From the NCBI RefSeq assembly GCF_000315565.1, contig NZ_JH992901.1:5837923-5869922 (forward strand): a stretch of 32,000 nucleotides of DNA. Direction: 5' to 3'. Position numbers and translations under genes: made by a program. Each line of letters begins with the position of its first letter. Position 1 is the stretch's first letter. The stretch comes from Mastigocladopsis repens PCC 10914. Lineage in GTDB: Bacteria; Cyanobacteriota; Cyanobacteriia; Cyanobacteriales; Nostocaceae. The notes beneath the pieces were generated by a model. It was given only the letters and a program-made list of their open reading frames with translations. It did not search any database and was not told where the DNA came from. Below, piece after piece: positions 7,200 through 15,766 of the stretch.

Positions 7200-9143
7200 G
7201 TGAAAACCCACTGGTTACTACCTGGTACTTTTGTAACCACTACTCTGTTGATGCTATCGTCGCCAGCTCAAGCAGCGAAATTGCAATCTTGGCGTTTTGA
7301 TGCCAAGCAAAACCGATTGGAAATCAATACCGAAGGTCCTGTTCAACCCCAGGCGCAACTCGTCTTCAACCCCACGCGGTTAGTTATTGATTTGCCAGGA
7401 ACTAATTTTGGACGTCCGCAGTTAACGCAGTCAATAGGCGGTGCTATTCGTTCTGTTCGTGTCGGTCAGTTTGACCCACAAACAGCTCGTATAGTAGTCG
7501 AACTCAGTCCAGGTTATACCCTCGACCCAAAGCAAGTGAAATTTGAAGGGAAAACTGCCAGTCGCTGGACGGTACAATTACCAACACCACAAGCTGAGGG
7601 AGTCGCCTCCTCGCCCCCATCTCCCAGCCCAAAAGCCCCAAGCCCAAAAAGTGAAGAAGTCATCATCTCGCCGCAAAAAAATGTTTACAACGTGGTGACA
7701 ATAGATTCTGAAACGGAGAAAAAACCTGAGTTCTCCAAAGGTGTTGTCGTCGCAGAAGGAACAATTCAAGTTGAGAGCCTACAAGTCACAGGGGATGGTT
7801 TCTTTGTCCGCAGCAATGGAGGGAATCCTCGGACTCACATTATTCGCAGCCGCGATCGCAAAACCATCTTCATGGACATTTCTGGTGCCACTTTGTCACC
7901 TAATTTTGGTGATCGCGACATATCTGTAAATAGGCATGGTGTCAACCGTGTTGAAATGACTCAACTCCAAAAGACACCACCTGCTGTCCGGATGACGCTA
8001 CGGGTAGACAAAGATACTCCTGACTGGCGCATAAGCACAAGCAGTTCTGGTGTTTCTAGCGGTTTGGTCGTTCTACCTAATCGTTATGCGGGTAACTTGC
8101 CCAAAAATAATTATTCCGACACCTCATCAGACAATTCTTCCAAGCCTGTTGTGGAAGTACCAACACGTAACTCAATCTCTACAATTGAGTCTGTGGAACT
8201 ACCTGCGACTGGTACACAACTACTCATTAGAGCAGACCAACGTCTATCTCCTACTAGCACTGGTTGGGATAGGGCTTCTGGTCTGTACCGCATCACTATT
8301 CCCAATGCTAAGTTGGCTTCTGCTGTCAAAGGTCCAAATTTTGATGCTAGTAGCCCTGTTCTGCGGGTACGCTTACAACAACAAGACTCTCGTACTGTTG
8401 TCATCTATGTCCAACCAGCAGCAGGCGTACGAATTGGGCAAGCCAACCAATTGAGCGGTCAGCTTTTGTCTTTGGAATTACAGCGTACTCGTTCAATGAC
8501 ACCCCCAATTGCTTTACCTACCTTACCACGACCAAACCCGCAACCTTTGCCATCAAGAACGATAACAAGCAATCCCCCAGCCCGGAATCCTCGCGCTCCT
8601 AAAGGACGAGTCGTCATCGTCGTTGACCCTGGACATGGCGGTAAAGATTCTGGAGCGCTTGGTATTGGGGGAATTCAAGAGAAAAATATTATTTTGCCTA
8701 TTGGTAAAAGGGTGGCAGAGATTTTGCAGCAAAATGGCGTTCAAGCAGTGCTAACCCGCGATTCTGATTATTTCGTTACCCTTCAAGGACGGGTGGACAT
8801 AGCAGATCGCGTCAATGCGGATGTCTTTGTCAGTGTCCATGCTAACTCAGCGGGTGCTGATCGTCCGGAGGTGAGTGGTTTAGAAACTTACTATTATGAC
8901 AGCGGTCTGAGCCTAGCTCGCATCGTTCATAACAACATTCTTAGAAGTGTCAATGTGAGAGACCGTGGCGTACGTAAAGCCAGATTCTACGTCCTTAGAA
9001 AAAGTTCTATGCCCTCAATTTTAGTGGAGGCAGGCTATCTTACTGGTCGAGAGGACGCTGCTAAACTATCAAACCGACTGTATCAAAATCAAATGGCAGA
9101 TGCGATCGCTCGTGGTGTCCTCCAGTACTTAAAGCAAAAATAA
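7200..9143 (+). CDS. amiC1: N-acetylmuramoyl-L-alanine amidase AmiC1 (two AMIN domains, Pro-rich linkers, Amidase_3 domain)
   Basis: 647-aa ORF with a GTG start 8 nt after AGGAG and a signal peptide (LLMLSSPAQA). It has two AMIN-type repeats (LQSWRFDAKQNRLEI..., LYRITIPNAKLA...VLRVRLQQQD) and a C-terminal Amidase_3 domain (VVIVVDPGHGGKDSGA...FVSVHANS...LVEAGYLT). It is the first of a tandem pair, as in the Anabaena amiC1-amiC2 locus. Confidence 0.9.
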   Translation: MKTHWLLPGTFVTTTLLMLSSPAQAAKLQSWRFDAKQNRLEINTEGPVQPQAQLVFNPTRLVIDLPGTNFGRPQLTQSIGGAIRSVRVGQFDPQTARIVVELSPGYTLDPKQVKFEGKTASRWTVQLPTPQAEGVASSPPSPSPKAPSPKSEEVIISPQKNVYNVVTIDSETEKKPEFSKGVVVAEGTIQVESLQVTGDGFFVRSNGGNPRTHIIRSRDRKTIFMDISGATLSPNFGDRDISVNRHGVNRVEMTQLQKTPPAVRMTLRVDKDTPDWRISTSSSGVSSGLVVLPNRYAGNLPKNNYSDTSSDNSSKPVVEVPTRNSISTIESVELPATGTQLLIRADQRLSPTSTGWDRASGLYRITIPNAKLASAVKGPNFDASSPVLRVRLQQQDSRTVVIYVQPAAGVRIGQANQLSGQLLSLELQRTRSMTPPIALPTLPRPNPQPLPSRTITSNPPARNPRAPKGRVVIVVDPGHGGKDSGALGIGGIQEKNIILPIGKRVAEILQQNGVQAVLTRDSDYFVTLQGRVDIADRVNADVFVSVHANSAGADRPEVSGLETYYYDSGLSLARIVHNNILRSVNVRDRGVRKARFYVLRKSSMPSILVEAGYLTGREDAAKLSNRLYQNQMADAIARGVLQYLKQK

Positions 9144-9194
9144 AACAATTTAGATGCCTGACGACTATTTGCTGCAGGCTTGGTGATACTCCTT

Positions 9195-9226
9195 TACCGG
9201 AACTTAGGTTCCGGTATTTATTTTTG
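9195..9226 (+). terminator. Rho-independent terminator of amiC1
   Basis: taccggaac (9195..9203), loop ttag, gttccggta (9208..9216), followed by tttatttttg. Confidence 0.85.
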
Positions 9227-9707
9227 ACCTCATTTCTAGAGGGTGTAGGGAAATACTTTGACTTGAGGTTGTCTTCGATGATTATCCCTATACGGGAGCC
9301 AAGCATTGCGTCCCTAGCTTGCTACACACTGATACCTGAAGGCTAGCTTGCCTGTAAACTATTCTTTTTATTAAAGATTAAGTATAATTTTTGACAAAAA
9401 AACTTTGTCTGTTGATTTCAGTTGCCTTGCGTCCTATATTCTACTCCGTACAATATACTCCCTTTACCACAATAGTGAACACCTTCTAAGATATCTAGGA
9501 ATCACACATTAATATAGAGTTCTGAAGGAGTTCAGTAGAAATGACCAAGATAGACTGCTCTATTATTTCTATATTGGTGTCATCTAATGCTTTGCAAACT
9601 GCATTTTTTATGCCATAAAAGCATACAAAAATGAAAAGACCATGCTACATTTGAGCGCTATTGACATCTTTATACGAGTTAACAACGTTTTTGCAGCTAA
9701 GGTTTGA

Positions 9708-9742
9708 GCGGTGACTGTGTGAGGATTTACCACAACTTTGAC
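9708..9742 (+). promoter_or_regulatory. Conserved 35-nt leader/promoter block (amiC2 copy, uninterrupted)
   Basis: Matches 6840..6874 at 31 of 35 positions. The TTGACA at 9738..9743 lies about 40 nt upstream of the amiC2 GTG. Confidence 0.45.
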
Positions 9743-9783
9743 ATCTTAACGTCTCTCATGAATATGAATCAGGAGAAAACACT

Positions 9784-11724
9784 GTGAAAATCAACTGGTT
9801 ATTACCTGGTACTGTTGCAACTGCCACTATCTTCATGTTAATGTCGCCAGCTCAAGCAGCGAAACTGCAATCTTGGCGGTTTGATGCCAATCAAAACCGA
9901 TTAGAAATCAACACTGATGGTCCTGTTCAACCCCAGGCGCAACTCATCTTCAACCCCACGCGATTGGTTATTGATTTGCCAGGAACTGACCATGGACGTC
10001 CGCAGTTGATTCAACCAGTAGGTGGTGCAATTCGTACTGTCCGTGTCGGTCAGTTTGACGGACAAACAACTCGTATAGTCATCGAACTCACTCCGGGTTA
10101 TACCCTCGACCCAAAGCAAGTGAAATTTGAAGGGAGAACTGCCAGTCGCTGGATGGTACAACTACCAACACCACAAGTGCAACAAGCCACTCCATCTTCT
10201 CTCAATGTTTATAGTGTGGTAAGACCTGACTCCATAGCTAGTAAAGACACAGTTGTCAATACTATTGAAGGGTCAACTCAAAAAGAAACACTGGTCAGCA
10301 ATGCTGAAGGGTTGACTCAAATTGAGAGCCTACGCGTTACAGGTGATGGTTTCTTTGTCCGCACCAATGGCAGGAATCCTCGAATTCAGATATTTCGTAG
10401 CAGTGACAAGAGCGCTATTAACATCGATCTGTTGGGTGCAGATCTGTCACCTCGTTTATTGCAGCAGAATGTGTCGGTCAATAGGTATGGTGTGAAACGG
10501 GTTGAATTTACTCAACTAAAAACAACACCACCTGGTGTTCGCATGACGCTGTGGGTAGATAAAAATAGCCCGGACTGGCGAGCAACTACGAGCAGCTTTG
10601 GCGGTTTGGTGATTCTGCCTAATGGTGATACGAGGAAGTTGTCCAGAGATGATAATGATAATGGTTCACTTCCTAACTCAGACATAGCTGGGAGTGTAAA
10701 CCCCCGAAACCTCAACCCAACTTCACCAGCCAGCAACTCACCATCTACAATTCAGTCTATAGAATTGACTGTTTCCGGTACACAACTGCTGATTAAAGGC
10801 GATCAACCTCTATCTGGTAATGGTGGTTGGGATAGGTCTTCTGGTATGTTCCGCATCACCATTCCCAATGCTAAGTTGGCTGCTGCAGTCAGAGGTCCAA
10901 ATTTTGATGCTAGTAGTCCTGTCCTCCGCGTACGCTTACAACAACAAGACCCCCGTACTGTTGTCGTCTACGTCCAACCAGCAGCAGGAGTGCGAATTGG
11001 GCAACTTAACCAACTGACTGGTCAGCTTTTGTCTTTGGAATTACAACGCTCGTTTTCTCCGTTAACTCCCCGCGTTGGTTTACCTCCCTTACCACGACCA
11101 AACCCACGACCATTACCGTCAGGACCAATGACAAACTATCCCCTGCCTCTACCGCAACCACAGATGCGTTCTCCGGTGCCTAATGGACAAGTTGTCGTCA
11201 TGATTGACCCCGGACACGGCGGGAAAGACTCTGGCGCTCCTGGTTTGGGTGGACTGCTGGAAAAAGATGTCGTTCTGCCCATTAGTACAAGAATAGCAGC
11301 GATATTACAGCAACAGGGCGTACAGGTGATGTTAACGCGCAATGCTGACTATTTCGTGGAACTTCAGGGACGGGTAGATATGGCAGAACGAGCAAATGCT
11401 AGTTTGTTTGTCAGCATTCACGCTAATTCTGTTGATGGTCGCCGTGACGTCAACGGGTTGGAAACTTATTTTTATGACAGCGGTTTAGGTCTGGCTCGTG
11501 TCGTCCACAGTACTATTCTCCAAAGTATCCCTACCCTCAAAGACCGAGGAGTACGCAAAGCAAGATTCTACGTTCTCAGAAAAAGTTCAATGCCCTCGAT
11601 TTTAGTAGAGACAGGTTATATGAGTGGTCAGGAGGATAACCCTAGGCTGGGAAGTCCAGAATACCAAAACCGAATGGCAGAGGCAATTGCTAATGGTATA
11701 CTTCTGTACCTACGGCAAAGATAA
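9784..11724 (+). CDS. amiC2: N-acetylmuramoyl-L-alanine amidase AmiC2 (septal nanopore-forming amidase paralogue)
   Basis: 646-aa ORF with the same start context (aggagaaaacactGTG) and the same AMIN-AMIN-Amidase_3 architecture as amiC1 (VVVMIDPGHGGKDSGA...FVSIHANS...LVETGYMS). Confidence 0.9.
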   Translation: MKINWLLPGTVATATIFMLMSPAQAAKLQSWRFDANQNRLEINTDGPVQPQAQLIFNPTRLVIDLPGTDHGRPQLIQPVGGAIRTVRVGQFDGQTTRIVIELTPGYTLDPKQVKFEGRTASRWMVQLPTPQVQQATPSSLNVYSVVRPDSIASKDTVVNTIEGSTQKETLVSNAEGLTQIESLRVTGDGFFVRTNGRNPRIQIFRSSDKSAINIDLLGADLSPRLLQQNVSVNRYGVKRVEFTQLKTTPPGVRMTLWVDKNSPDWRATTSSFGGLVILPNGDTRKLSRDDNDNGSLPNSDIAGSVNPRNLNPTSPASNSPSTIQSIELTVSGTQLLIKGDQPLSGNGGWDRSSGMFRITIPNAKLAAAVRGPNFDASSPVLRVRLQQQDPRTVVVYVQPAAGVRIGQLNQLTGQLLSLELQRSFSPLTPRVGLPPLPRPNPRPLPSGPMTNYPLPLPQPQMRSPVPNGQVVVMIDPGHGGKDSGAPGLGGLLEKDVVLPISTRIAAILQQQGVQVMLTRNADYFVELQGRVDMAERANASLFVSIHANSVDGRRDVNGLETYFYDSGLGLARVVHSTILQSIPTLKDRGVRKARFYVLRKSSMPSILVETGYMSGQEDNPRLGSPEYQNRMAEAIANGILLYLRQR

Positions 11725-11725
11725 A

Positions 11726-11860
11726 GTAGAGAGTGGGTGTGTGGTAGTAGTTAGTAGAAGAATTAACCACTAACAACTACCAGCTGACAACTAACCACTA
11801 ATGACTAACAAATAATCACTCTTAGCTAGCAACTAACAACTAACTACTAACAACTACCAA
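11726..11860. repeat. STRR-type heptamer tract forming an imperfect long hairpin between amiC2 and murI
   Basis: The left arm gtggtagtagttagtag faces right-hand runs of actaaca/actaacc/actacca units (aaccactaacaactaccagctgacaactaaccactaatgactaac...aactaacaactaactactaacaactacc). Confidence 0.7.
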
Positions 11861-11877
11861 ATTAACGATATCTGCCT

Positions 11878-12738
11878 GTGTTTCCTTCTTCTATTTTTGA
11901 AAGCGATCTTTACGATTTTTCTGAAGCCCCCCAACGTGCCCCAATTGGCATTTTTGACAGCGGTGTGGGTGGCTTAACAGTACTGCGCCAACTCTATCGC
12001 CTACTCCCCAATGAATCAATTATTTACTTTGGGGATACAGCTCGACTTCCGTATGGTATTCGCTCACAAGCAGAAATTCTACAGTATGTGCGTGAAATCC
12101 TTATCTGGATGCAACAGCAGCACGTAAAAATGGTCATCATGGCTTGCAACACCAGTTCAGCCCTGGCGCTGGAGGCGGTACGTGAGGAATTCTCTCTACC
12201 AATTCTCGGTATTATCTTGCCTGGGGCAAGAGCAGCAGTTAACAGTGGCAAGCGTATTGGTGTGATTGCCACTCCTGCAACTGCTAAGAGCAATGCCTAT
12301 CGCCATGCTATTGTGGAAATAAATCCCGATGTCCAAGTTTGGCAAGTGAGCTGTCCAGAGTTTGTGCCACTTATTGAGCAGAGCCGCATTCATGACCCCT
12401 ACACCCTACAGGTGGCACGCTCATATCTGGAACCATTGTTACAACAGGAAATAGATGCTTTAGTCTATGGCTGTACTCACTATCCTCACCTTGCACCCGT
12501 ACTGCGATCGCTTCTCCCCTCCTATGTAAAGCTAGTTGATCCGGCAGAATATGTTGTTGCTGCTTGTGCCCAAGATTTAGACATCTTGGGCTTGAGAAAT
12601 ACCCATCCACCTATGCCAACTCGCTTCGCCGTCAGTGGTTGTCCACAACAATTTGCCCAATCCTCTGTACAGTGGCTGGGGTATCATCCAACTGTTGAGG
12701 CAGTGCAGTTGATAAACACCCCAGTTTCTAGTCATTAG
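11878..12738 (+). CDS. murI: Glutamate racemase
   Basis: 286-aa ORF (GTG start) with the MurI motifs IGIFDSGVGGLTV, YFGDTARLPYG, VIMACNTSSA and LVYGCTHYP. Confidence 0.92.
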   Translation: MFPSSIFESDLYDFSEAPQRAPIGIFDSGVGGLTVLRQLYRLLPNESIIYFGDTARLPYGIRSQAEILQYVREILIWMQQQHVKMVIMACNTSSALALEAVREEFSLPILGIILPGARAAVNSGKRIGVIATPATAKSNAYRHAIVEINPDVQVWQVSCPEFVPLIEQSRIHDPYTLQVARSYLEPLLQQEIDALVYGCTHYPHLAPVLRSLLPSYVKLVDPAEYVVAACAQDLDILGLRNTHPPMPTRFAVSGCPQQFAQSSVQWLGYHPTVEAVQLINTPVSSH

Positions 12739-12785
12739 TCATTGGTGATTAGTAAAAGTCTTTTTACTAATCACCAATGACTAAT
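12734..12785. terminator. 24-bp perfect palindrome (bidirectional terminator candidate) overlapping the murI stop codon
   Basis: 12734..12757 pairs perfectly with 12762..12785 (attagtcattggtgattagtaaaa / ttttactaatcaccaatgactaat) around a 4-nt loop. The murI TAG (12736..12738) lies inside the left arm. Confidence 0.75.
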
Positions 12786-12794
12786 AACTCTTAA

Positions 12795-12992
12795 CTAGTG
12801 AAGGCTTGTTGCTTCCGTAATCTTCGGCGTTACTGTAACTTCCTGCTTGTGCTTTCCTTGAGAAACCAAAGAAACACTTGTAGGAGCCGTTTTTTTTCCG
12901 GTTCTCTTTGCTAGTGCTAGTAATAGGTAAACTGCTAACAAATAACCAGAAGCTAATATAAAAATCATCATAGGCATCTTTCCGTAAATCAT
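12795..12992 (-). CDS. Possible small single-pass membrane protein (hypothetical)
   Basis: In the 70-aa track ORF, from the ATG at 12992 the product is MIYGKMPMMIFILASGYLLAVYLLLALAKRTGKK..., that is one clear TM helix followed by a basic, hydrophilic tail. An overlapping 92-aa ORF in another frame (12781..13059) is less protein-like. I recognise no homology. Confidence 0.25.
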   Translation of the reverse strand: MIYGKMPMMIFILASGYLLAVYLLLALAKRTGKKTAPTSVSLVSQGKHKQEVTVTPKITEATSLH

Positions 12993-13254
12993 TTTTTCTA
13001 CCAGCACCCCTGTCTAAGGAATATAAAATCGAATAAACGAATAAAATTAACAGAATCACAGCTACATAAATCCATTCTTAGTAGCTGTTTCTTTTCGTTA
13101 CAAAAGTTTCGGTAGAGTTCTCACTCTCTCCGAGCACCTCGTTTGTATTCTTTTTTTGCAGACTATACCTATAACAGCAGTCAAATTACTAAACAGCAAC
13201 TCTAAACTACTGATTCAGCAGTCTCCCCAGTCTGCATTTTTACGCAAACACTTT

Positions 13255-13271
13255 ACCTTGTACTACAAGGT
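13255..13271. promoter_or_regulatory. Perfect 8+1+8 palindrome ACCTTGTA-C-TACAAGGT (candidate operator)
   Basis: Its 13-nt core CTTGTACTACAAG is identical to 2366..2378, immediately upstream of ssb. It lies in an ORF-free gap. Confidence 0.3.
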
Positions 13272-13866
13272 CTGCGCTTTTACTGCGCTAAATTAAGTGC
13301 AGCATTTTCCCTTGCGGGTAGCGCATAGTTCTAACCTTAGAGTTTCGCATATCGAGACTCAGACCAATGAAGTAACTCCTTTGGTCGCAGCCCACGATGC
13401 TCTATTCAGACTTACAACACCAGAAGTAAAAAACACCTAATTGTGATTTTTTTCTGGGGGTGAATATCTCAAAAATTTCAAATCCCTTGATTTTAGCGTA
13501 ACACAACGACCCTGACTTTTCAGCCAATTTTTCTGCTAAATTTGAAATTTTCTACTGTAAGTTATACAAGACTGAGCTTAATTTTTCTTTAAGGGAAAAT
13601 AAGTAAAGTGTAATAGGAGATAAGTAAGAGGTAGGGGACTTTCCATTAATTGGTTATCACTTTTACCTAAAGAGGTGAGCGCAAAAAATAAAGATTTTGT
13701 TAAAAATATGGATTTAATCTACTTTACAGGAGTTCTTGACTCATTAGGCAAAAGTATTTAAAGTATCATTTACAATAGAAAATATACGGTTAAATCCATC
13801 AGTATCTTTTTTCTATGATCATGAGAAAATGAAAAGTTGTGTCAAAGTTTTGTTGACTCTACTAAC

Positions 13867-14061
13867 AGAGTAGGGGAAGTAGGGGAGGCAGTGTCGTGCC
13901 CAAAGTTGTCTGTACGCGGAGCGGCTTGCCCTTTGGGCAATCAAAACTATGTCCTAAGCCCTTGGGGCAGCTTCCGCCTTTGGCGCTCAGCGCCTCCGTA
14001 GCAGGCACGGGGAGTTACCCGCGAGCCTGTAAGTAGCGTGCGACTGACGTAGAGTAGGGAG
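13867..14061. repeat. GC-rich short dispersed repeat insertion with TSD-like flanks, copy D
   Basis: A block of about 175 bp, rich in tri-loop mini-hairpins (gccctttgggc, gcgctcagcgc, cgcggagcg), sits in an AT-rich spacer. It is flanked by the direct repeat agagtaggga (13867..13876 and 14051..14060). Its style matches 15181..15285. Confidence 0.65.
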
Positions 14062-14171
14062 AGAAAACGAATGATTAATGACTCATGAAAACTTTGCGCT
14101 AGCACAGGGTTATCCTAAAATAATTATAGGATATGTAAACTTTCGTAAATAAAGCCAGAGTCTGCCCATCC

Positions 14172-15143
14172 ATGACCCCAGCCACCTCCCTTTTTTCCCC
14201 AGTGGAAGCCGACCTGCAAACACTAGCTGACAACTTGAAACAGCTAGTGGGAAAAGGTCATCCAATCCTTTGTGCAGCAGCCGAACACCTATTTGGAGCT
14301 GGGGGAAAGCGCATAAGACCGGCAATTGTCCTCCTCATCTCGCGGGCGACAATGCTCGAACAAGACATTACACCCCGTCACCGACGCTTAGCTGAGATTA
14401 CGGAAATGATTCACACAGCAAGCTTGGTGCATGACGATGTGGTGGACGAATCTCAGATGCGGCGCGGCGTTCCCACAGTTCACAGTTTGTTTGGCAACAG
14501 AATAGCGATATTAGCAGGAGATTTTCTGTTTGCTCAATCATCGTGGTATTTAGCAAACTTAGACAATTTGGAGGTGGTGAAACTGCTGTCGGAGGTGATT
14601 ATGGATCTGGCGTCGGGCGAGATTCAGCAGGGATTAAGCCGCTTTGATAGTAGCATCTCGATTGAGACTTACCTTAAGAAAAGCTATTACAAAACAGCGT
14701 CGTTAATTGCCAACAGTTCAAAAGCAGCTGGTTTACTCAGTGAAGTTTCCCAAGAAACAGCCGAACATCTGTATAGCTATGGGCGTCATCTTGGTTTAGC
14801 ATTCCAGATTGTAGACGATATTTTAGATTTCACAAGTTCGATAGATACCTTAGGTAAGCCAGCGGGATCGGATTTAAAAAGCGGTAATCTGACTGCGCCA
14901 GTTTTATTTGCATTAGAAGAGAAACCTTACTTGGAAGTTCTGATAGAAAGAGAGTTTGCCCAGGAAGGAGACTTAGAGCAAGCTCTATGCTTGATAGATG
15001 ATAGTCAAGGTATTCAGCGGGCAAAAGAGTTAGCCGAAGATCATGCCAAACAAGCCGTTGACCATCTTTCGGTTCTCCCTCCGTCTGAATCTCGCCAAGC
15101 CTTGATTAAGATTGCTGATTACGTCCTAAGTAGACCTTTTTAG
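14172..15143 (+). CDS. sds: Long-chain trans-prenyl diphosphate synthase (solanesyl/nonaprenyl diphosphate synthase, plastoquinone side chain)
   Basis: 323-aa ORF with both polyprenyl synthase Asp-rich motifs (LVHDDVVDE and FQIVDDILDF) and the GKRIRP motif. The chain-length assignment rests on cyanobacterial context only. Confidence 0.85.
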   Translation: MTPATSLFSPVEADLQTLADNLKQLVGKGHPILCAAAEHLFGAGGKRIRPAIVLLISRATMLEQDITPRHRRLAEITEMIHTASLVHDDVVDESQMRRGVPTVHSLFGNRIAILAGDFLFAQSSWYLANLDNLEVVKLLSEVIMDLASGEIQQGLSRFDSSISIETYLKKSYYKTASLIANSSKAAGLLSEVSQETAEHLYSYGRHLGLAFQIVDDILDFTSSIDTLGKPAGSDLKSGNLTAPVLFALEEKPYLEVLIEREFAQEGDLEQALCLIDDSQGIQRAKELAEDHAKQAVDHLSVLPPSESRQALIKIADYVLSRPF

Positions 15144-15149
15144 AGACTG

Positions 15150-15290
15150 GTTATTTGTTAGTGATTAGTAAAAATTTTGACTAGCCCTTCGGGTATGCGC
15201 GGAGCGCACGCCCAAAGGGCGAACGCCAGTTGCTCATGGAGGAAACCCCCAAAACCGTACTGGCTCACTACTACCCACTACCAAATAACA
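15150..15290. repeat. Short dispersed repeat between convergent sds and ORF 15293..15766, copy C
   Basis: Contains mini-hairpins (cccttcggg, gcgcggagcgc, gcccaaagggc). The right end tggctcactactacccactacc matches the right ends of copies A and B. The left flank (ttatttgttagtgattagt) is an inverted STRR relative to the right flank. Confidence 0.65.
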
Positions 15291-15292
15291 AT

Positions 15293-15766
15293 TCAGGCAA
15301 TATCCGGAGGAATTTGTCTTTTTGGTCGGTTTTGCTGCAACTGTTGTTGAATTAAGTGTTGCAGGTCAGATCGTCGGACTTCGACTGAGTCGGTGTTAAT
15401 GCCAGGAGTTTCAAAAAAAACTATACTATCTACGGGTTCCATTGCTACCAGTTGGAACAAAATGTGAGTAACAGGGATGGGTGCAGCTATCAATTGAGGG
15501 TCAAGCCCAGCAGATGATCTGACTGGGACATCCTGTATTGTAGGAAAAGCATAAATTACGCGCTTTTCCAACTGTGGATTTGCGCGATTGCTCAATGTAG
15601 TCAAAACCCAGCCCTCTTCCATGTTTTGGAGAATATAGTACTGGGAATGACGTAATTCTACCGCGATCGCGCTAAGGACAGGAGCGATTGCTGTGACAAG
15701 TTGCGGTATAACACCATCTTGGGGTGCATTCTTAATCAGCAATTGAATTTGTGCTTGTAAATCCAT
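15293..15766 (-). CDS. Conserved-looking hypothetical protein divergent from hetZ
   Basis: The track ORF starts at a TTG (15823). The first ATG at 15766 gives 157 aa (MDLQAQIQLLIKNAPQDG...). Composition is coding-like and there is no competing ORF. I cannot assign a family. Confidence 0.55.
   Translation of the reverse strand: MDLQAQIQLLIKNAPQDGVIPQLVTAIAPVLSAIAVELRHSQYYILQNMEEGWVLTTLSNRANPQLEKRVIYAFPTIQDVPVRSSAGLDPQLIAAPIPVTHILFQLVAMEPVDSIVFFETPGINTDSVEVRRSDLQHLIQQQLQQNRPKRQIPPDIA
15495..15512 (+). promoter_or_regulatory. HetR-recognition-like sequence upstream of the distal hetZ promoter
   Basis: tgagggtcaagcccagca contains the GGG-N5-CCC core of HetR sites (compare the hetP site GAGGGGTCTAACCCCTC). 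It matches my recollection of the published hetZ upstream HetR site. A -10-like tattgt follows at 15535..15540, which would put a TSS about 420 nt upstream of the hetZ ATG. Confidence 0.5.

Noticed and set aside
6851-7300. 149-aa plus-strand ORF overlapping the amiC1 start
   Set aside because: It is translated across the 291-bp repeat insertion and the amiC1 leader and signal-peptide region in another frame. It has no motif, and the paralogous amiC2 leader has no equivalent ORF.
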